A DNA stretch of 64,000 nt, taken from assembly GCA_050230475.1 (NCBI GenBank), contig JBFLGF010000094.1, positions 1 to 64,000 of the forward strand, written 5' to 3'. Below, in pieces: positions 61,876-64,000 of this stretch. The notes under the pieces were generated by a model, which had not been told where the DNA came from, did no database searches, and saw nothing but the letters and a program-made list of their open reading frames with translations. Origin of the DNA: Ancylonema sp. (Eukaryota). Each line of letters begins with the position of its first letter. The first letter of the stretch is position 1. Both the position numbers and the translations under genes were made by a program.

Positions 61876-62855
61876 CTAGTGCTGGCTCTGGCTATGCTCC
61901 TGGCTGCTTTGCTTGGCAGACTCCGCATGCTGCTCGGTAGCCTCACTTGCTTCCTGAGTTTTCTGAGATGCTGCCTGGCTAGTCTCGTGAGCCTTGTGCT
62001 TCGCCTTATCAGCAGTCTGCTGAGTAGCCTCACCAGCCTGGTGTGCCTTCTCCTGCGTTATATCACTCGCCTGCTTCGCGGTCTCGGAAGCTTTGTTGCC
62101 AGTGTCGTGGGCAGCCTGCTTGGGTTTGTCAGCCGCCTCATGCGACTTATCTTGGGCCATCCCTGCCACTTCTGAAGCTTTGTTCTGCCAAAGAAATCCA
62201 ACACAAGTAAATATTCAGAGCCAGGTATACCTAAAAGTAAGTTTAGAACATACGAATCTCAGTTGTATACCAAAATTTGAGATAATCGCGTCCTGTTACA
62301 AAGTAACGACCATTGCAAACCATAGGAAATAAGTCAAAAGTACAAACCAACAGTGACGAGTTTTAAATCATCGTTGATATCGCCTTATCACTATGGTTCT
62401 GAACATTTGATATTGAGAACATACCTTCATTGCTTCGGCTGCCCCACCAATTTTATCCTTCATCGACTCGAGCATACCCTTCGAATCCTGATTTTCCTGA
62501 ATAACGATGGAAGGTTGTAAATAAGACTCACGAAACAAACGCACTAAACTGCTTCCCATAAGATGAAAGGGATGAAATGATACGAACTGCGACATTCGAA
62601 TTTCAGAAAACGAAAGGTCATGAATACCGGGGGAGCATAGAGGCTGTTCACGTGAAGAATAATCTCCCAGCTTTCAACTATTTCAGCTTTTAACTACAGC
62701 ACTGAAGGGTATCTTCACAGCTAGAAGGAAGGAAATATAATTCCGAACATTAATTGCTTTCGACAGCCACATAGGTTAAGTAATATTTTACAGCAACAAT
62801 AAGACAAGCATACCAGCCTCTCAGTCTAATATTTTCAGGACGTTACCTGCGACAT
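61876..62855 (-). CDS. Small LEA-like hydrophilic protein (3 exons, ~129 aa)
   Basis: Exons 62855-62847 (MSQ), 62496-62425 (ENQDSKGMLESMKDKIGGAAEAMK) and 62184-61876 join in phase 0 with GT-AG ends. ~11-aa KAxE(A/T)xQ periodicity. Confidence 0.85.
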
Positions 62856-63066
62856 GGTGACGTTGAAACGCTTGGAACAGCAAAAGAATGATTTCGATAC
62901 AGCTGTAGATGGAGGCAAAGCGGAATGAAGCTCAGACAATAGCACGAAAGAAAAGATACTTGCTACCAAATGATTTTCTGAAGTATAAGTAAAGATGATA
63001 TCTGAGAAAAGGGTGGCTGCGGAACTGCGGACTCTCAACATTCGGCGTGCATGCTGGAGTTGCGAA

Positions 63067-63124
63067 ACGTGGCAGATATCTCACTAACTTGAGTGCTGTT
63101 CAGACAGTGGGCTGTGCACGTGGC
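63067..63124. promoter_or_regulatory. Two canonical ABRE motifs (ACGTGGC) upstream of the small LEA gene
   Basis: ACGTGGC at 63067-63073 and 63118-63124, ~210-270 bp before the ATG. Confidence 0.6.
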
Positions 63125-64000
63125 GCCCAACGAGAAACTACTGCCACGACATACTGATTATTAACAGCTGGCGGAGGCGTTCCTGGGTCGATATGACGCT
63201 AGCGGTTGTGGCCGATGAAAAACAGAAGGTTCGCGACACTTCGGTACGCTGGACCATTCAGATGAAGGATTTGAATAATAAATATTTGGAATTCCTGCAC
63301 CTCTTTGGCCACTTGTACACTTGGCGAGTCACTGTTTTATTGACATAGTCGACAGTAACGTGGTGCTCAAGTTTTACCGATGAACAACGTGAAGAGACTT
63401 GTAAGGTGATCTTCGAGAGAATCGAAGCGTACTTCCTGGCGGCGGTTGCAGCTCTACGTCATCTTTTAATTCGATGCCGACGTGGCTACTCTATGAAAAT
63501 ACGGGTTTGAAAATACGGCTTACTCAAATTGAAATGCGAACCTCGAGTACGGCATGAGCGGTTGGTGACTTCGAATGTTGTTCCGGAGTGGGGCAACGAT
63601 AAATTTTCCCAGAAGATAATAAATTGTTGGTGTGCAAGTTAGTTTTCAGGGAGGTCATGAGTATGACATATGTAATATTCATTTATTTTAAACCATAAAT
63701 TTTCCTGAAATATAAATTGATATGTGAAAATTTGTGCGTATTGCGCTCATATTTATCATCGACGAGACTTGTTCGCTTAGGAACTCGAGATTTTCGTTGA
63801 AGGTTACCAAAGTTGGCTCTATCCATGTGTCCATGTCGTTTTGGCACTAAGGAAATAAAAGCTATTTTGCAATTGTGACGCGTGTTTTCACATACGAAAT
63901 CGATAACTCGAAAAAACTCGAAAAAAATCGAAAAAAATCATTGCGCCATGCCGCATAGAAATTATCCATACCGAACAATTTTACAAATAGCATATATACA

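Overview
Eukaryotic, intron-rich genomic DNA, most likely from a streptophyte green plant or alga. This is inferred from an eIFiso4G gene, an RLK/Pelle-type kinase, LEA genes with ABRE-rich promoters and a plant-type tRNA-iMet Copia PBS; the species cannot be named from the sequence. The first ~24 kb is a nest of decayed transposons: two chromodomain Ty3/Gypsy elements with self-priming PBSs, a half-tRNA-primed Copia fused to one of them, LTR fragments and TA-flanked MITEs. The gene-rich part holds an 11-exon glutathione peroxidase, a membrane-anchored LEA protein, eIFiso4G, a frameshifted pseudokinase, a deleted Copia, two Cys-rich secreted/surface proteins and a second LEA gene. The main result is invisible in the ORF track. 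The peroxidase has an in-frame TGA exactly at the catalytic position (NIASA-U-PLQNVNY) and a form-II SECIS-like hairpin in its 3' UTR, so it appears to be a genuine selenoprotein gene in a plant-lineage genome.
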